Source of the DNA: Desulfatiglandales bacterium | GTDB lineage: Bacteria; Desulfobacterota; DSM-4660; Desulfatiglandales; HGW-15 | Direction of reading: 5' to 3' | Length of the DNA stretch: 64,000 nucleotides | NCBI GenBank assembly: GCA_963667015.2 | Contig: CAXXJJ010000001.1 | Coordinates: forward strand, 800,001 to 864,000 | Part shown: positions 59,302-64,000 of the stretch, in pieces | Position numbering within the stretch: the first letter of the stretch is position 1 | Layout: each line of letters begins with the position of its first letter | Made by a program: the position numbers and the translations under genes | Notes under the pieces: generated by a model | The model's database searches: none | The model's input: only the letters and a program-made list of their open reading frames with translations | What the model was told of the DNA's origin: nothing

Positions 59302-59652
59302 AGCCCACTGACGTAATTCTTATTTAAACATCTCTTCGTAAAAAAAAGGGCAAAAGATTTTTTGCCCCTGCAACGCCGTGCTACGGAAGTCGGAGGTCAG
59401 TGATAAAAGCAGACTGAAGCAGTTCACCCTGTTAAATGCTGCCTCGCAGCCCGCCTTGCGGATTTAACAGGGTAAAGGCTGTAGGCTGATAGTAAAACCT
59501 GGATTCTCCGGTCAAGCCGCAGAATGACACGAAAAAGATATCACTCAGAGGTCAGGGAAAGCAGGGTAATACAGGAAATCAGGAATAAGAAAAGAGAAAA
59601 TAGGAAAGAGAGGTAAAGCTAAAACTGACATTTGAGGCAGAATTAAAATTAA

Positions 59653-59838
59653 CTATTCATTGGCTGCCTGGTTGTTCTCATCTTCGATATACTGCAGAAT
59701 TATTTTTCCATTTTTATTTAGAACAAGAGGAGTCCTTGTATCTTTTGCAATTTTCCTGGCATTCTGAGCTGCTCGTTTAAGCGCATCTTCAACCTTGGCA
59801 AGGTCAGGGTCCTGAATTATTTTTTTTGTTTTAGTCAT
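59653..59838 (-). CDS. Small partner protein of zeta-like ATPase
   Basis: ATGA overlap with the upstream gene; ALKRAAQNARKIA...TPLVL..NGKI. Confidence 0.6.
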   Translation of the reverse strand: MTKTKKIIQDPDLAKVEDALKRAAQNARKIAKDTRTPLVLNKNGKIILQYIEDENNQAANE

Positions 59839-60364
59839 ATATTGTTTCCTTCATCAATCAGCTTCGGACTTTCATCTGAATTATCATATAGTACCCAGCT
59901 GTCTACCAGTTTTTTGTAAACATTATGAAAGTTATTTAAGCCTTTGTCAAACCTTCTTCGAATAACAGATTCATCAATATTATGCCCGCCCTGGGCAACA
60001 CGAAATTTTACTCTTTCAATGGCCATGTCAACATCCGGGAGACTTAAGAATATCAGTTTAGTCCTGTATCCGATTTCCCGCCATTCCCGGATATACCGGG
60101 TATAGATAAGATAAGTCCACTTAACGTGGTTTCAAAGGCAAAATTTTCTCTTCGCTTTGTAAATTCATTTATCTCTTCAATCATCAGGCGCCCCGCCTTT
60201 ATGGCTGCCTGTTCCGGTGTAAAAGGAGACAATCCGTCTGCTATTAGATCTGCATTAACAAAAAAAGGACAGTCCGCATCTTTAACCAGAAACTACCTCG
60301 CGAATGTAGTTTTACCTGCACCGTTTGGACCAGCAATGATTACTATTTTATTTTCCATGCTCAT
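59835..60364 (-). pseudogene. Zeta-toxin-like/AAA_33 P-loop protein, disrupted
   Basis: IAGPNGAGKTTFAR* (in-frame TAG), FVNADLIA, FAFETTLSG, 5-bp CTTAT duplication frameshift, RVAQGGHNI. Confidence 0.85.
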
Positions 60365-60553
60365 AGTCGATCTTATGTTTGGATAATACTTAACTAACGA
60401 GAATTGTGTCGTTTTTTTATTCTTCGTTTTTAGCAGAAAAGATATGAGGGGGCAATTGAAAAGCAGGCTGAAGGCTTTTAGGGAAAACAGGATAAGACAG
60501 GAAATCAGGAATAAGAAAAGAGAAAATAGGAAAGAGGAGAAATAAAATCGAAA

Positions 60554-60642
60554 TTATGGGAAGAATTTGTATATCTCTTTTCTGTGCAAAACACTTTCTT
60601 AGAAAGCTCTTTTAAAAAACGTTTACGATATGCCGTATTCAT
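60554..60642 (-). pseudogene. Internally deleted RelE/ParE toxin
   Basis: TGATG coupling; MNTAYRKRFLKELSK joined out of frame to VLHRKEIYKFFP*. Confidence 0.7.
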
Positions 60643-60842
60643 CAGGATTTTTCCAGTTGTTCGTAATGCGCCTTCGCTTCATTTATACTTAATACCTCTT
60701 CACCCTTGTTTCCTTTCATCAATTCTAGAAGCGCATAGTCCTCCAAAAGCTCTTCCATCTTTTCAAATGTCTCGATTGGAATCTTGACTGCAACCTTCCT
60801 GTTGTTTTCATCCATGATATATCTTCGGTCTATTACATTCAT
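60642..60842 (-). CDS. Putative antitoxin
   Basis: YIMDENNRKVAVKIPIETFEKMEELLEDYAL...LSINEAK. Confidence 0.7.
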   Translation of the reverse strand: MNVIDRRYIMDENNRKVAVKIPIETFEKMEELLEDYALLELMKGNKGEEVLSINEAKAHYEQLEKS

Positions 60843-60927
60843 TCTTCAAACTCCATTTATAATTAGTTCTAAATATTTTACAATAATCCGTACAAAACTC
60901 AAAGGATAATGTTGGTTGCTAGATTCG

Positions 60928-61066
60928 CTACTCCTTACATTTTTCAAGGATAATCAGATTGTGGGACCATGCAATTTCTGCAACCAGTGGTTGCAGTTTT
61001 GAATCCTCCTCATAGCAAAGATAAAAACTCCGCATGTACCAGATATTTCTGGCAGAAAATCCTTTA
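60928..61066 (-). pseudogene. Second DUF1016 fragment
   Basis: KGFSARNIWYMRSFYLCY...LQPLVAEIAWSHNLIILEKCKE*. Confidence 0.75.
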
Positions 61067-61369
61067 CCGAAAATGGCTCAAGGCTTTAATCGGTATTTAA
61101 AGGCTGAGTTCAGAGGGCAGGGAAGACAGGCTGTTAGACTGTAGGCTTCCGCCGTCGCTAAAGCTTCCGCCGTCGCATTAAGCTATGGCGTGATAAAATG
61201 GCGGGACAGGGAAGGCTGTTAGGGAAAGCAATAAAAACCCGAGATCGGAGAAAAACAGGCTGAAGCAGTTTAGGCTGTTGACTGATAGTAAAAGCTGGAT
61301 TCTCCGGTCAAGCCGCAGAATGACACAAAAAAGATAGCACTTAGAGGTCAGGGAAAGCGGGGAGAAATC

Positions 61370-61557
61370 TTTATTTTTATACTAAATTTGCCGATATTCA
61401 GAGATAAGAATAGCAAACACCTGCAATCGCATAACATTTAAAGCTTTCAGGAGAAACTGTGCCTTTAGAGGACCTGGTTAATGAAGTATTAAGAAAAATC
61501 GGCAGAAACGTGGTGCTGTTTCAACAGCTTGAGTATTATCTGAAATACATCGAAGCG
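61370..61557 (+). repeat. Diverged duplicate of the upstream region and 5' end of the 57491 gene
   Basis: Near-identical to about 57400..57590; truncated by the convergent PIN gene. Confidence 0.8.
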
Positions 61558-61564
61558 TATAACT

Positions 61565-62074
61565 TTACATGAATTGTTGCTTAACAGATGAGATTGCTTC
61601 TTCGAGTAAGGAAGATTTTATAAACAAAGTGGATTTTTCAGGTAACTGATACAAAATATCAACAACTTCCTGAGGGGTAAGTAAATCTCTTCTGATGGCA
61701 CGAATTAAAAGACCTATTGTTCCATGCACTTTAATTCCAGTCTCTTTTGCAACCAGTCTTGCTGCTGCATCATCTGTCAGAAATAAATAATCAGGTTTTT
61801 CAGATATCACTGCCAGTGCTTCCATTTCACCCAGGTCAAGTGAGAACGTCTTGCACAGGATTCTTAGGGATTCATCCATTATTGGAATTTCACTGACAAT
61901 CTTTAAATCTATTTCAGGCTCAAGCGGAGCATGTTTAAGTATTTCATTATAAACCCCGTTTGGAACTAAAACTGTTTGAAAATCGTTTAAGATATATAGC
62001 TAATTTAATTCTGAGAGATGAATTACCGGGCCTGCATCACATACAACACAGGTGGTTGATTTACTCTTCTCCAT
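61565..62074 (-). pseudogene. PIN/DUF3368 (VapC-like) toxin with premature TAG at 62000..62002
   Basis: VVCDAGPVIHLSELN*...LDLGEMEAL...FLTDDAAAR..A...GIKVHGTIGLL. Confidence 0.8.
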
Positions 62075-62255
62075 GGATTCCCCATTCAATATCTTCGCGG
62101 ATGAATTTGCTCATCAGCTCGGATTGATGGGATTCGAGAAAGCGGCGGATGGCTTCGGAAAAAACTTCGTTTTCATCTTTGAACCATCCCTCTTTTACCA
62201 GCCGGGAAGCTCCTTTAAACAACTCTTCAGGGAGTTCGGTCTGAATAGTTTTCAT
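62061..62255 (-). CDS. RHH/CopG-like antitoxin
   Basis: MKTIQTELPEEL...LVKEGWF...EAIRRFLESH; overlaps the PIN gene start. Confidence 0.75.
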   Translation of the reverse strand: MKTIQTELPEELFKGASRLVKEGWFKDENEVFSEAIRRFLESHQSELMSKFIREDIEWGIHGEE

Positions 62256-62570
62256 TGTTTTTCCTTAAATGATATATTTATTAACTTTAAAGCAATTGCT
62301 GTAACTACCTGAAAAATGTTCATATATTAGATAATAATTACTGAACAGTCAAGAAAGCCGTTTTCAATGATCAGGCATTAATAGGGGCAAGGTTCAAGAA
62401 GTGATAAAATCAGACTGAAGCTTTTTAGGCTATAGGCTGTTAGGAAAAGAAGGGGAAAACCGGAAGTCAGATGTCAGAGGTCGATAGCTCCAGTTTGTAT
62501 TCTGGCTTCTGACTTCTCTTTCCTTATTTTTAATGTTATATAAGCTGAATAAATATCCCGGAACAGAAAA

Positions 62571-63986
62571 ATGTCGCCATATCGCATCAAGAAAAATATA
62601 CCGGAAGTAAAACCCTTCAGGCTGGCCAAGTATTTTGCCGTAACCAGCTTTATTGTTATTATTGCAATCAGTATTCCATTTGCAGTGTTTATCTCGCAGA
62701 AGGCAAAGGAAGACCTGATCGATAATTCTCAGAAATATGTCCGGGAGATCGCAGAAAATATTAATCACCAGTTGTTTATAAATTTTTATTTCCCCGTGTT
62801 ATACGACTATGGGGAGATAAAGCTCAGTCTTAAACCCCAAATGGAACTCCTTGACAAGGTAGTAAAAAACGCTATTGAAAGCCTTAATCTCGATCTTTTC
62901 AACCTGTATTCCCCTGAAGAAGGATTTATCGTTTACAGTACAGATCCTTCGTTGATCAAAAAGAAAACAGAAAAAACAGAGGGATACCTTAAGGCTCTGA
63001 AAGGGGAGATATCATTTGAACTGATTTCAGATGAAAAAGATTTCTGGGGAGACATAGAAGGAATAGGGGGGCAAAAAAAGGCAAGTGCGTATATTCCTCT
63101 TAAAGGGCCTGAAACAGTTACCGGGATAGTTGAGATAGTGCTTGATATGACCACGCAGTATAACTCGATAATAAAGAGGCAGTATACAACTTTTGGAGTA
63201 TTTGCCATTATTATGTTCACCATCTTTTTTGCCATGCTTTTGATCGTAAGAAAGGCCGAAGGGATAATCGAGAACAGGTCAATTGAACAGCGAAAACTGG
63301 TTGAACAGCTTAACCTCGCAGAACGGCTTGCCGCCCTTGGAGAAATGGTAGCCGGTGTTTCCCATGAGATTAAAAATCCTTTGGGAATAATCCAGAGCAC
63401 TTCCGAGCTCCTTAACAGCATGCCCAATGCCGATGAGACCCAGAAGCGGCTGTCAGGGGTTATAGCTGAGGAATCCATAAGGCTGAACAGGATTGTGACG
63501 GAATTTCTGGATTTTGCCAAACCCCATGAATTGAATGTACATGAATTTGATTTAAAGGAAGTCATAGATAAAAACATAGATTTTCTCAGGCCTGAAATTG
63601 AAAAAAAGGATATTATTGTTGAATCAAATCTTGACGGCAGAAGTTATATGATAGAGGCAGACCAGGATCTGCTACACAGGGTCTTAATGAACCTGATTAT
63701 AAACGCCATTCAGGCTATCCCGGAATCAGGAAAGATCATTGTGCATGTCGGAGAAGAAAAAGGGGCATATAAAATAGAAATCAGGGATACGGGAAGCGGT
63801 ATAAGCAATGAAAATATTTCCAAAATTTTTAATCCCTTTTTCACTACCAAGGAAAAGGGCAGCGGTCTGGGCCTGCCTATTGTCAGGAAAATAATAGAAG
63901 GGCACGGCGGGACAATTGATATTGAAAGCCGCCATGGTGTTGGAACCGGAGTTACTATACGCCTGAACAGGAAATTACGAAAATAA
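62571..63986 (+). CDS. Membrane sensor histidine kinase (NtrB-type)
   Basis: Two TM helices; AGVSHEIKNPL, NLIINAIQA, DTGSG, FNPFFTTKEKGSGLGL. Confidence 0.95.
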   Translation: MSPYRIKKNIPEVKPFRLAKYFAVTSFIVIIAISIPFAVFISQKAKEDLIDNSQKYVREIAENINHQLFINFYFPVLYDYGEIKLSLKPQMELLDKVVKNAIESLNLDLFNLYSPEEGFIVYSTDPSLIKKKTEKTEGYLKALKGEISFELISDEKDFWGDIEGIGGQKKASAYIPLKGPETVTGIVEIVLDMTTQYNSIIKRQYTTFGVFAIIMFTIFFAMLLIVRKAEGIIENRSIEQRKLVEQLNLAERLAALGEMVAGVSHEIKNPLGIIQSTSELLNSMPNADETQKRLSGVIAEESIRLNRIVTEFLDFAKPHELNVHEFDLKEVIDKNIDFLRPEIEKKDIIVESNLDGRSYMIEADQDLLHRVLMNLIINAIQAIPESGKIIVHVGEEKGAYKIEIRDTGSGISNENISKIFNPFFTTKEKGSGLGLPIVRKIIEGHGGTIDIESRHGVGTGVTIRLNRKLRK

Positions 63987-64000
63987 ATATAGAATGAGGC

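Noticed and set aside
56549..59472. Palindromes as integron attC sites (they contain GTTAAAT and ATTTAAC)
   Set aside because: The order is GTTRRRY...RYYYAAC, the reverse of attC; they do not follow stop codons consistently; no integrase in the window.
60295..62002. In-frame TAG codons in the zeta-like and PIN genes as pyrrolysine or amber read-through
   Set aside because: The zeta-like gene also has a frameshift, neighbouring toxins are broken in other ways, TAG is used as a normal stop elsewhere, and no pyl genes are visible.

Overview
Bacterial chromosomal window, probably from an anaerobic Desulfobacterota-type deltaproteobacterium (inferred from gene content: tungsten-type AOR, UroD/MtaA-family protein, NtrB-type kinase; not verified). 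It opens with a LysM protein and smc and closes with a sensor kinase. Between them lies an accessory, decaying region with many gene fragments, REP/MITE-like palindromes, a complete IS21 element and many toxin-antitoxin (TA) modules. The standout is an AT-rich minus-strand island (about 42-53 kb). It carries an SspBCD-like DNA phosphorothioation core (DUF4007, P-loop ATPase, PAPS-reductase-like), with no sspA/sspE/pglZ recognisable in the window. The core is closely followed by a ParB, a second ParB-like protein lacking the CTPase domain, a NucC/DUF6602-like nuclease and a GHKL ATPase, and is preceded by an HNH nuclease. This is a candidate undescribed defence architecture. Also notable: six TA-like modules have lost the toxin (by MITE insertion, deletion or nonsense mutation) but kept the antitoxin or partner, and a 46-bp branched palindrome shows filled/empty sites and a compensatory change. 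All family calls come from motifs read by eye; no database search was run.
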